A DNA stretch of 64,000 nt, taken from the NCBI GenBank assembly GCA_949288955.1, contig CASEMS010000002.1:6490-70489 (forward strand), read 5' to 3'. Of the stretch, positions 29,139 through 37,470 are shown piece by piece. This DNA is from an uncultured Lentisphaeraceae bacterium (lineage in GTDB: Bacteria > Verrucomicrobiota > Kiritimatiellia > RFP12 > DVOR01). The notes under the pieces are model-generated. The model saw only the letters and a program-made list of their open reading frames with translations. It ran no database searches and was not told where the DNA came from. Positions within the stretch are counted from its first letter, which is position 1; every line of letters starts with the position of its first letter. A program made the translations under genes and the position numbers.

Positions 29139-29170
29139 TGTGCGCACCGCGCACATCAGACGCGGAAGTT
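29139..29170. repeat. perfect 12-bp inverted repeat TCTGATGTGCGC-acc-GCGCACATCAGA at the uxuA stop
   Basis: hairpin without T-run; followed by inverted and direct copies of the CCAAAC 9-mer repeat. Confidence 0.7.
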
Positions 29171-29290
29171 TGGAGACTTGGATGCTTGGCCTGCGCTCCG
29201 CGCCCCCCGGCGTCCCGCAGGAGTTCCAAACAGCCAAGCCTCCAAACCTCCAAGCCTCCAAACTTCCAATCAGCCAAGCCCCCAAACTTC
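29160..29290. repeat. 9-mer (CCAAGCCTC/CCAAACTTC) repeat block with one inverted copy followed by direct copies
   Basis: ggaagtttggagacttggatgcttggc (inverted) ... ccaaacagccaagcctccaaacctccaagcctccaaacttccaatcagccaagcccccaaacttcc (direct). Confidence 0.7.
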
Positions 29291-29293
29291 CCC

Positions 29294-30640
29294 ATGCGCC
29301 CCTTCATCCATCCCGACTTCCTCCTCGATACGCCGCAGGCCCGCACGCTCTACCATGAGTATGCCGAGCCCTGCCCTGTCATCGACTACCACTGCCACCT
29401 CTCCCCCAAGGAGATCGCCGAGAACCGCCCCTTCGCCAACATCACCCAAGCCTGGCTCGGCGGCGACCACTACAAGTGGCGCGCCATGCGCACCGTGGGC
29501 GTCCCCGAACGCCTCATCACCGGCGACGCCGACGACCACGCCAAGTTCCTCGCTTGGTGCGACACCGTCCCCAAACTCCTCCGCAATCCCCTCTACCACT
29601 GGTCGCACCTCGAACTCGCCCGCGTCTTCGGCATCGCCGACCTCCTCCTCTCCCCCGCCACCGCCGAGACGGTTTGGGCCCGCGCCAACGCCCGCCTCGC
29701 CGAGCCCGGCAACGGCCCCCGCGACATCCTCCTCCGCCTTGGCGTCCGTCTCGTCTGCACCACCGACGACCCCGACGACGACCTCGCCGAGCACCGTGCG
29801 CAGAACGCCCGCGGCGACGGCCTCACCATGCGCCCCGCTTGGCGCCCCGGCCGTTACCTCGCCCTTCAGGCCCTCGACCGCCCCTTCGCGGAGACCCTCG
29901 CCCATCTCCGCGCGCGCCATGCCTTCTTCCACGACAACGGTTGCCGCCTCTCCGACTACTCCGTCGAATCCTTCGCCGAACCTTGCGCCGAGGCCGAGGC
30001 CGCCAAGATCCACGAGGCCGCCCGTGCCGGCAAGGCCCTCTCCCCCGCCGAGCGCACCGCCTACGCCGCTTGGATGCTCGATTGGTTCGCCCGTCTCGAC
30101 GCCGAGACCGGCTGGGTCCGCCAGCTCCACATCGGCGCCCTGCGCAACCCCAACGCCGCCATGTTCGCCAAACTCGGCCCCGACACCGGCTTCGACGCCA
30201 TTGCCGACTTCCCCTACGCCGAGCCCCTCGCCGCCCACCTCTCCGCCCTCGCCGCCGACGGTGCCCTCCCCCGCACCATCCTCTACAACCTCAACCCCAA
30301 AGACACCACCATGCTCGCCGTCCTCTGCGGGTCCTTCCAGGACGGCACCCCCGGCGGCCGCGTCAACCTCGGCCCCGCCTGGTGGTTCCTCGACCAGATG
30401 GACGGCATCGAGGAGAACCTTCGCGCCGTCTCCGCCCTCGGCTGCCTCGCCCAATTCCCCGGGATGCTCACCGACAGCCGCTCCGTCCTCTCCGTCCCCC
30501 GCCACGAGTACTTCCGCCGCATCCTCTGCCGGATGCTTGGCCGCGACCTCGCGGGCGGATTCCTCCCCGACGACCTCCCCGCCGTCGGCGCGATGGTCCG
30601 CGCCATCGCCTTCGGCAACCCCAACGCCCTCTTCGCCTAA
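29294..30640 (+). CDS. uxaC: glucuronate isomerase
   Basis: 448 aa from MRPFIHPDFLL; UxaC motifs DYHCHL, WLGGDHYKWR. Confidence 0.9.
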   Translation: MRPFIHPDFLLDTPQARTLYHEYAEPCPVIDYHCHLSPKEIAENRPFANITQAWLGGDHYKWRAMRTVGVPERLITGDADDHAKFLAWCDTVPKLLRNPLYHWSHLELARVFGIADLLLSPATAETVWARANARLAEPGNGPRDILLRLGVRLVCTTDDPDDDLAEHRAQNARGDGLTMRPAWRPGRYLALQALDRPFAETLAHLRARHAFFHDNGCRLSDYSVESFAEPCAEAEAAKIHEAARAGKALSPAERTAYAAWMLDWFARLDAETGWVRQLHIGALRNPNAAMFAKLGPDTGFDAIADFPYAEPLAAHLSALAADGALPRTILYNLNPKDTTMLAVLCGSFQDGTPGGRVNLGPAWWFLDQMDGIEENLRAVSALGCLAQFPGMLTDSRSVLSVPRHEYFRRILCRMLGRDLAGGFLPDDLPAVGAMVRAIAFGNPNALFA

Positions 30641-30652
30641 AGGAACACCGTC

Positions 30653-31231
30653 ATGCAAGACTACATCGAACGCTTCCGCGCCGCCCGTGTCGTCCCCGTC
30701 ATCGTCCTTGACGACCCCGCCCGCGCCGTCCCCCTCGCCAAAGCCCTCCTTGCCCAAGGCATCACCGCCGCCGAGGTCACCTTCCGCACCCCCGCCGCCG
30801 AGGAATCCATCCGCCGCATCGCCGCCGAGGTCCCCGACATTTTCGTCGGCGCCGGCACCGTCCTCACCGAGGACGAGCTCGCCCGCGCCCACGCCGCCGG
30901 CGCCCAATTCGCCGTCGCCCCCGGCCTCGACCCCGCCATCCTCGATGCCGCCGCCGAGCTCGGCCTCCCCTTCTGCCCCGGCGTCGCCACCGCCAGCGAG
31001 TTCATGGCCGCCATCCGCCTCGGCTGCCGGATGGTCAAGTTCTTCCCCGCCCGCGACGCCGGCGGCATCCCCCTCCTCAAGAGCATCCTCGCCGCCATCG
31101 GCCACACCGGCGTCCAGGTCATGCCCACCGGCGGCATCTCCCAGGCCTCCGCCGAGGAATGGCTCGCCATCCCGCAGGTCGTCTGCGTCGGCGGCTCCTG
31201 GATGGTCAAGCCCATCCTCGCCTCCCTCTGA
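30653..31231 (+). CDS. eda: 2-dehydro-3-deoxy-phosphogluconate aldolase
   Basis: 192 aa; KDPG aldolase fold, Schiff-base Lys region KFFPA. Confidence 0.85.
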   Translation: MQDYIERFRAARVVPVIVLDDPARAVPLAKALLAQGITAAEVTFRTPAAEESIRRIAAEVPDIFVGAGTVLTEDELARAHAAGAQFAVAPGLDPAILDAAAELGLPFCPGVATASEFMAAIRLGCRMVKFFPARDAGGIPLLKSILAAIGHTGVQVMPTGGISQASAEEWLAIPQVVCVGGSWMVKPILASL

Positions 31232-31250
31232 GGCCCTTCCCAAACGCAAC

Positions 31251-31287
31251 GCGCCCCCGAGCCTTTCGGCCGGGGGCGCTTTTTTGT
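31251..31287 (+). terminator. Rho-independent terminator after eda
   Basis: GCGCCCCCGAGCCtttcGGCCGGGGGCGC + TTTTTTG. Confidence 0.75.
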
Positions 31288-31318
31288 TTGGGGTGCGTTT
31301 ACGCGGCGCGGCGGCGGC

Positions 31319-31789
31319 TCACTCGAAGTCGAGGGCGATGGTGCCGTCCACGATGGCGATGTCGCGCAACGTGCCGCCGAGGGTGATGCCGCGCAGGCCG
31401 GCCAGGGTCTTGATGGCCACCGTGAGCGTGTTGCCCACCACCGAGAGCCCGGGCTTGCCGGCCACGGCGCTTGCCAGCTGGCCCATCAGCTGCCCGGCAA
31501 TCATGTCGCCGCCCATCATCGCCAGCGACACCTTCGCCAAGGTGATGTCCAGCGCCTCGCCGTTCTGCGCCGGCGTCAGGCGGATCTGCGCCTCCACCGG
31601 CACCGGCAGGATGCCCATCGAGGCCTTGCACTTGAAGATCAGCGTGCCGTTCTTCAGCGACACCCTCGGATCCTTCACCTTCTTCAAGGCCTCGCCCTGG
31701 GGGCCCTCGGCCATTTTCGCGAAGGCCGTCGCCAAACCCGTGTTGATGTCCTGCTCCGTAAGCGTGAGCGCCAACTTGCTGAGAATCAT
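31319..31789 (-). CDS. DUF2993 (LmeA-like) family protein
   Basis: 156 aa from MILSKLALTL; ORF track version has an unlikely N-terminal extension. Confidence 0.5.
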   Translation of the reverse strand: MILSKLALTLTEQDINTGLATAFAKMAEGPQGEALKKVKDPRVSLKNGTLIFKCKASMGILPVPVEAQIRLTPAQNGEALDITLAKVSLAMMGGDMIAGQLMGQLASAVAGKPGLSVVGNTLTVAIKTLAGLRGITLGGTLRDIAIVDGTIALDFE

Positions 31790-32000
31790 GTCTGCCGTTC
31801 CCGTACTGATTGCGATTATCGCTCTGCGCGGTGCCCGGAATGGGCTCGGAGGAGGGGGAGAGCCCCCCGCAATCGCCTGACGCCAATCAGGCGCGCACCC
31901 TTCTGAACCTTTCCGGCCTAGAAATCGGGATGAAGTGTAACATAACCTCCGCCGACACGTCAAAGCGCCATCGCCCGCTTTGCCGCCGCCGCGATTCGCC

Positions 32001-32035
32001 CCAAAAACAAGGCGCCCGCCGATTCGGCGGGCGCC
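32001..32035 (-). terminator. Rho-independent terminator of prepilin-type gene
   Basis: minus strand: GCGCCCGCCGAATCGGCGGGCGC + CTTGTTTTTGG. Confidence 0.7.
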
Positions 32036-32067
32036 TGTGCGTGTGGGTGGGATGTGTGCGGCGTCGC

Positions 32068-32829
32068 TTAGTTGGAGGAGCCGGTCTGCATGAACTCGAA
32101 GGCGTTGCCGTCGCCCTGCTCGAACTCGCTCAGGGTGGCGGTGCCGAGGCCCTCAAGCATCGCCTGGGGATAGACCTCGTCGGCGGCGAACTTCTTGCCG
32201 GAGCCATCCTTGCGGATGATGACGCACCCATCGCGGCCGAAGGGCTGCTGGGTGTTGAGGAGGGTTTCGACGTCGGTGGCGGTGTCATTGCCGGCGGCGC
32301 CGACGAGGGCGGTGCCGATGACGTTGCGGGTGCAGAAGACCGGCGCGATGGAGGGGGCCTCGCGGGTGTTCTTGGCGAGGATCCAGGCGCAGTTGTTGTC
32401 GTTGATGGTCTGGCCGGAGGCGGCGGGGACGCCCTGGCCGGCGATCATCGCGGGCTCGATGTCCTTGAGCACCTTCAGGCGGTTGCGCTTCTGCACGTCG
32501 TTCTCCTCGACGTAAAGAGCCTCTTGGAAGTAATCGGCGGTGGAGGAGAAGTCCTGGTACATATCAGGCCCGTTGAGGGTCTGGCCCTCGGGCTTGAGGT
32601 CCTGGTTCTCGGAGGCGGGCCAGGCGATGCTGGCGTAGCGGCCGGACATGTCGGCGGAGATGATGGCCTGGACGACCTTGCGGCCATTGCCCATCATGCC
32701 CGTCAGGTTACCCTGCAGGAGGAAGTTCGTCACCGGCCCGAAGAGGGAGGTGGCCAAGATGCCGATAATCACGATCACGACGAGCAGCTCGATCATCGTG
32801 AAGCCTTGCTTGCGGTTTGCCTTCATTTC
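32068..32829 (-). CDS. prepilin-type N-terminal cleavage/methylation domain protein (type II secretion/type IV pilin-like)
   Basis: 253 aa from MKANRKQGFTMIELLVVIVIIGILA (class III signal peptide with G-1, F+1, E+5). Confidence 0.8.
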   Translation of the reverse strand, partial: EMKANRKQGFTMIELLVVIVIIGILATSLFGPVTNFLLQGNLTGMMGNGRKVVQAIISADMSGRYASIAWPASENQDLKPEGQTLNGPDMYQDFSSTADYFQEALYVEENDVQKRNRLKVLKDIEPAMIAGQGVPAASGQTINDNNCAWILAKNTREAPSIAPVFCTRNVIGTALVGAAGNDTATDVETLLNTQQPFGRDGCVIIRKDGSGKKFAADEVYPQAMLEGLGTATLSEFEQGDGNAFEFMQTGSSN

Positions 32830-32974
32830 TGTCACTCCTTGGCTGTTGCGCTGGAAGACGCCATGTCCGCCCTTACGCACACCATGAATGCTAGCAAAGC
32901 CCGCCCCTCAAAGCAAGCCCTTTTTCCCGATTGTGGCCGGGGGAATAAAGAAAACGGGAAACACCAAGCACGCT

Positions 32975-33256
32975 TGGAACGGCGAGGGAGAGATCACAAA
33001 GGGCACGAAGGGGGACACGGAGGAGCACGAAGCACGACGGGGACACAATCACAACGGGCACAAAGAACACAAAGGGGGCGCGGGCGTGGCCCGCGCGGGA
33101 CGGGATGGACGGTGAGAGGAAACCGCGGATTGCGCGGATTGAAGCGGATTGGGGGTCGGCTACCGCCGACAGGACTGCCAGAGGAAAAGACCACAGAGGG
33201 CACGAAGGGGGACACGGAGGAGCACGAAGTATGGAGGGGGACTCACAACGGGCAGC
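32975..33256. repeat. module B + module A + partial B of the composite repeat (single copy)
   Basis: same modules as 15405-15850: cacgaag/cacaa-rich T-free block ending GCGCGGGCGTGGCCCGCGC, then aaccgcggattgcgcggattgaagcggatt...gtcggctaccgccgac. Confidence 0.8.
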
Positions 33257-33333
33257 GCGGGAGGCGAGGGCGGTAGGGAGCGATCAGCGGGCGAAGCCCG
33301 CAGAGCGACCGGCGGAGCCCGCAAGCCTCCCGC
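33257..33333. repeat. 77-nt palindromic module C (copy 3)
   Basis: differs from copy 2 by a single G>A. Confidence 0.8.
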
Positions 33334-33362
33334 GCAACCTTGCGTCTTTGCGGTTCCCCCAA

Positions 33363-33408
33363 GGAGGATCGGCCGCCGAGCCGAGGAGAATCGGCCGCCG
33401 AGCCGAGA
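33363..33408. repeat. 22-bp minisatellite family, 2 units
   Basis: ggaggatcggccgccgagccga ggagaatcggccgccgagccgag. Confidence 0.65.
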
Positions 33409-33504
33409 TTGCGTCGGCGGCGCCGATGGCGGCGGCGTGGGACTTGGCCTCCCGCTCATGGGCGGCGAGCCGCTCCCGAAGCGACTCCTGCGCCGCGCCA
33501 CCAC

Positions 33505-33819
33505 CGTCGCGTTCAGTTGGGCCAGCAGCTCCTTCGGCGCGGCAAGCAGGGCGGCGGAGTCATGGTTGCCCGCGATGAGGATCAGCCGGCCACACGCGCC
33601 GTCGTTCCGAAGGTCGGCGATGAATTGGTAGTAGCGGCGCTGCGCTGCGGGGGTCGGCTGGCGCACGTCGAAGACATCCCCCGCCACCACCAGCGCGTCC
33701 GGACGCTCCGCGCGGACGAGTCCGCGCAGGAAAGCGAGGAAGGCGTCGTGCTCCTCGCCGCGGTCTTGGTCATGGAGCCGTGCGCCAAGGTGCCAATCGG
33801 AGGTGTGGATGAGCTTCAT
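33505..33819 (-). pseudogene. sbcD: sbcD (Mre11-like nuclease) 5' remnant, ~105 codons, truncated at junction with repeat elements
   Basis: MKLIHTSDWHLG...DALVVAGDVFDV...LILIAGNHDS...LNATVVA matches SbcD phosphoesterase motifs I-III; the reading frame then runs into minisatellite/module C sequence; no sbcC nearby. Confidence 0.65.
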
Positions 33820-33904
33820 GCCACCAGTATAGCACAGCCACCCCCCGTGCCCGGGCACCCGGTGTGCAAGACATCCCGCACACCGCGAGACGCGACGGCG
33901 TGGG

Positions 33905-34363
33905 TCAGAAGACGAGGAACTTGGCGATGAAGTAGTTGAGGGCGATTTCGAGGAGGGTAACCACGAGGTTGATGATCTCGGGCCACCAGCCGTACTCGGC
34001 CTTGACGCGCGCCTTGTCGCGGAGATCCCAGCGGAGCCATTTGTCGATGAGCCACCACATGAGCAGGACGGTGAGGGCGGCGGTGGCGACGCGCGTGGCA
34101 TAGAAGACCCAGGCGGACTCCAACCAGCCGGTCTCGGTGCCGGGGAAGGCGAGGAGACGCATGAGGACGAAGGCGGTGGTGGCCGCCGCCGTCCACGAGA
34201 GCACCTTGCTCCACACGTTGCCCAAGCCCCACTTCCGGAAGCAGACGGAGTATCCCACGAAACTGACGGCGGTGGAGCACACGCCGGCGAAGAGATACCA
34301 GAAGAGCTCCCAGAAGAGGGCCGGGTCGATGAAGAGGGCGATGAGGTTATTGAGCGCTGACAA
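33905..34363 (-). CDS. GtrA-like small membrane protein
   Basis: 152 aa, 4 predicted TM helices, GtrA-family size and topology. Confidence 0.55.
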   Translation of the reverse strand: MSALNNLIALFIDPALFWELFWYLFAGVCSTAVSFVGYSVCFRKWGLGNVWSKVLSWTAAATTAFVLMRLLAFPGTETGWLESAWVFYATRVATAALTVLLMWWLIDKWLRWDLRDKARVKAEYGWWPEIINLVVTLLEIALNYFIAKFLVF

Positions 34364-35558
34364 GGTTCAGTGGCCCATCCTTGAGGAGTTCGCGGCAGAG
34401 CTGCCAGCACTCATATTGCATCCGCGGGACATGGAAGCAACCCTTGAAGAGATTGCCCTTGATGTCGGAGCAGACGCGGCCGTCGCGGGAGAGGTAGCCG
34501 AACCAATCGCCGTATTCCTTGTCGGGGAAATGGGCGTGGGTCCAGTCATGCGCCAAGGTGTGCATCTTGGCGTACTTCTCGGCGCCGGTGAGCTGGTAGG
34601 CCAGGAGGGTGGCGATGCAGACCTCGTTGTGGGGCCACCAGAACTTCATGTCCTGCCAGTACTCGCTGACGGGGTGGTTGTAGACGTCGCGGTAGTAGAG
34701 GATCCCGCCGTATTCCTTGTCCCAGCCGCGCTCCCAGGACCAGTCGAGCATATCCAGGCCGATGCGCATATAGTCGGTGCGGCCGCGGCGTTTGCCCTCC
34801 TTCATGATGAACCAGGCGCCCTCGATGGCGTGGCCGGGGTTGAGGGTGCGCTCGTCGATGTGGTCGATGATCTGACCGTCGGGGGCGACGGTCTCCATGA
34901 CGCAGCGGATCTCGGACTTGAGGTGGTACTTGACGATGTCGGCGATGGCCTGGTCGATGCGCGCCTCGGCCTCCTCGTAGCCGATGCTGTCGCGGAGGCG
35001 CTGGCAGGTGGAGATGTTGATCATCGGGTGGCCGAGGCCGCGGGTGGGGCGCACGCCGGTGAACTTGGGGGGCGTGTCCACGTGGTCGCCGTAGAGCTTA
35101 TAGGTCTTGCGGGCGAGCTCCGCGTACTCATCGGAACCGGTGAGGCGGGCGTATTCGCCGTAGGCGATACAGGCGAAGGACTCGGAGAAGGCGTAGCGGC
35201 GTTTGCGGATGGGGTCGCCCCGGCGGGTCATGTGGAAGTACATCCGGCCGTCGGCGGGGTCGTAGCAATACTTGCGCAGGAACTCAAGGGTGCCCTTGGC
35301 GGCGGCCTCCCACTCGGGGCGGCGCTCCACATGGTTGCAGAGGAAGCCGAGCATCCAGGCGAAACGCCCCTGCTGCCAGACGCCCTTGTCGTCGTCGATG
35401 CGGTTGCCCTTGCGGTCCACGCCGGTCATGATGCCGCCGTATTCCTTGTCGAGCCCGTGCTCCATCCAGAAGGGGACGGTGTCGCAGAGGAGACCGTCGT
35501 GGTAGACGGCCTCAAGCTGCTGGAGACGTTCGGTGCTGAGCATGGCGGGCTCCTTCAT
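34347..35558 (-). CDS. N-acylglucosamine 2-epimerase (AGE/renin-binding protein family)
   Basis: 403 aa from MKEPAMLST; alpha6/alpha6 barrel AGE motifs; ATGA overlap with nanA stop. Confidence 0.85.
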   Translation of the reverse strand: MKEPAMLSTERLQQLEAVYHDGLLCDTVPFWMEHGLDKEYGGIMTGVDRKGNRIDDDKGVWQQGRFAWMLGFLCNHVERRPEWEAAAKGTLEFLRKYCYDPADGRMYFHMTRRGDPIRKRRYAFSESFACIAYGEYARLTGSDEYAELARKTYKLYGDHVDTPPKFTGVRPTRGLGHPMINISTCQRLRDSIGYEEAEARIDQAIADIVKYHLKSEIRCVMETVAPDGQIIDHIDERTLNPGHAIEGAWFIMKEGKRRGRTDYMRIGLDMLDWSWERGWDKEYGGILYYRDVYNHPVSEYWQDMKFWWPHNEVCIATLLAYQLTGAEKYAKMHTLAHDWTHAHFPDKEYGDWFGYLSRDGRVCSDIKGNLFKGCFHVPRMQYECWQLCRELLKDGPLNLVSAQ

Positions 35559-36451
35559 TCGGCGAGGATGGCGGCGACGGTGTCGGCGCACTCCTTGCGC
35601 TGCTCGGGGGTGAGGTTGGTGAGGGGCGGGCGGACGGTCGGCATGTCCAGCCCATGGATGGCCATCATCGCCTTGCCGGCCACGACGCCGCCGTACTTGA
35701 CGAGCAGGTCGACGATCCGGCAGACCTTCGCCATCCCGCGGTCGATGGCCGCCTGGTCGCCCTGGCGGTAAGCCTCCCAGATACCGTAATAGAGCGGCGC
35801 GGCGTAGTTGTAGGTCGAGCCGATGGCCGACTTCGCGCCGAGCGCCAACGCCCCCGCGAACCACTCGTCGATGCCCCAGGTGATGTCATACTTCCCACCG
35901 CAGGCGCGCAGACACCGCTGGAACATGTAAAGGTCGGGGTAATTGAACTTGATGCCCGCCAACTGCGGGATGCGCCCATCGGCCTTCAGCAGGAACTGCT
36001 CCATGTCGAAGTTCACCCCGCTCATGCTCGTGTGGTAATAATAGAAGGGCAGCTCCGGCGCCGCCACGAGCACCGCGTTGATGTCGTCGATGAGCGCGTC
36101 GATGCTGCCGGGGCGGAAGAAGTTCGGCGGCACGATGGAGGTGGCGCTCACGCCCACCTCCTGCGCATAGGCCGCCAACTCGCGCGCGTCCGTCACCGAG
36201 AGCGCGCCCACGTGCGCGATGAGGAAGAGCCGTCCCTCCGCGGCCTCCACCCACGCCTTCATCACCTGCTTGCGCTCCTCCACCGAGCAGCAGATGCCCT
36301 CGCCGGTGGTGCCGCAGACATAGGCGCCGATGACCTTCTGCTTCAGCAGCGTCTCCACCTGCTTGGGGATGAGATCCAGGTTCACGCTGCCATCCGCGTT
36401 GAACGGCGTGTGGGGCGCGGCGATGAGGCCTTCGAGTTTCTTCATGTCCAT
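35555..36451 (-). CDS. nanA: N-acetylneuraminate lyase (DapA/NanA aldolase family)
   Basis: 298 aa; class I aldolase TIM barrel (GTTGEG, Schiff-base Lys in GIKF region); translationally coupled to the epimerase. Confidence 0.75.
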   Translation of the reverse strand: MDMKKLEGLIAAPHTPFNADGSVNLDLIPKQVETLLKQKVIGAYVCGTTGEGICCSVEERKQVMKAWVEAAEGRLFLIAHVGALSVTDARELAAYAQEVGVSATSIVPPNFFRPGSIDALIDDINAVLVAAPELPFYYYHTSMSGVNFDMEQFLLKADGRIPQLAGIKFNYPDLYMFQRCLRACGGKYDITWGIDEWFAGALALGAKSAIGSTYNYAAPLYYGIWEAYRQGDQAAIDRGMAKVCRIVDLLVKYGGVVAGKAMMAIHGLDMPTVRPPLTNLTPEQRKECADTVAAILAE

Positions 36452-36583
36452 TCCTCCGAAACTGGGGATTCAACCAATCAAACACCCTTATTATAGACGC
36501 TCCCCATGCCCCACGCAACCACCGCCGCCAAAGACCGGGGGCGATGCGGGGGTGGCAGCGGTTGGGCCGGCGCCGCCCGCGCG

Positions 36584-37462
36584 TCAGAGAAGGAGAAGGG
36601 AGAGGGCCATGATGGCCATGCCGGCGACGAGGCCGTAGAGGGAGTCGTGCCCCTTGCCGTAGGCGCGGGAGGCGGGGAGCAGCTCGTCGAGGCTGATGAA
36701 GACCATGATGCCGGCGACGGCCCCGGAGACGAGCCCCAGCAGGAGCGGGGGCGGCTCGAAGAAGAGCGCGCCGTTGGCGACGGCCAAGACGGCCCAGAGC
36801 GCCAACGCGCCGATGGGCTCGGCGAAGCCCGCCAGGCAGCTCCACACGAAGGCGCGGCGGCGGTTGCCGGTGGCGTAGTAGATGGGGACGGAGACGGAGA
36901 TGCCCTCGGGGATGTTGTGGAGGGCGATGGCGAAGGCGATGACCACGCCCAGGTGCGGATCGACCAACGCGGCGAGGAAAGTGGAGAGGCCTTCGGGGAA
37001 GTTGTGGATGGTGATGGCCAACGCGGTGAAGGCGCCCATGCGCAGGAGGTTGCGGCGGGTCTGGCGGGTCTTGCGCCGGAAGGCGCGGCGCTCGGCGGGG
37101 GAGGCATCCGCGTCGGGGGCGCGCAACTCGGCGTAGTCCTGCCGGGAGTGGGTCTCGTGGGGGTTCTCGGCGTCGGGCACGAGGCGGTCGATGAGGAAGA
37201 TGAGCGCGATGCCCGCGAAGAAACCCAGCGTGCCGAGCGCGGAGGCGGGGCGCTCGGCGAAGCCCGCCTCCGCCACCTGCCGGAAGGCCTCGGGGAGGAT
37301 CTCCATGAAGGAGACATAGAGCATCACGCCCGCGGAGAGCCCCGTGCAGACGGAGAGGAAGCGCGTGTTCGTGCGCGGCGCGAAGAAGGCGATGGCCGCC
37401 CCCACGCCGGTGGAGAGGCCCGCCAACAGGGTGAGGGCGAAGGCGACGAGGAACGGCGTCAT
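36584..37462 (-). CDS. zupT: ZIP-family divalent metal (zinc) transporter
   Basis: 292 aa; 8 TM; HNxPEG motifs twice ([18 protein letters not shown]). Confidence 0.85.
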   Translation of the reverse strand: MTPFLVAFALTLLAGLSTGVGAAIAFFAPRTNTRFLSVCTGLSAGVMLYVSFMEILPEAFRQVAEAGFAERPASALGTLGFFAGIALIFLIDRLVPDAENPHETHSRQDYAELRAPDADASPAERRAFRRKTRQTRRNLLRMGAFTALAITIHNFPEGLSTFLAALVDPHLGVVIAFAIALHNIPEGISVSVPIYYATGNRRRAFVWSCLAGFAEPIGALALWAVLAVANGALFFEPPPLLLGLVSGAVAGIMVFISLDELLPASRAYGKGHDSLYGLVAGMAIMALSLLLL

Positions 37463-37470
37463 GGGCGCGT

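Noticed and set aside
33160-34410. 416-aa minus-strand ORF treated as a single gene
   Set aside because: Only the last ~105 codons before the repeat junction are SbcD-like. The upstream part runs antisense or out-of-frame through the GtrA-like gene, and the downstream part is repeat-encoded. It is called instead as an sbcD remnant.
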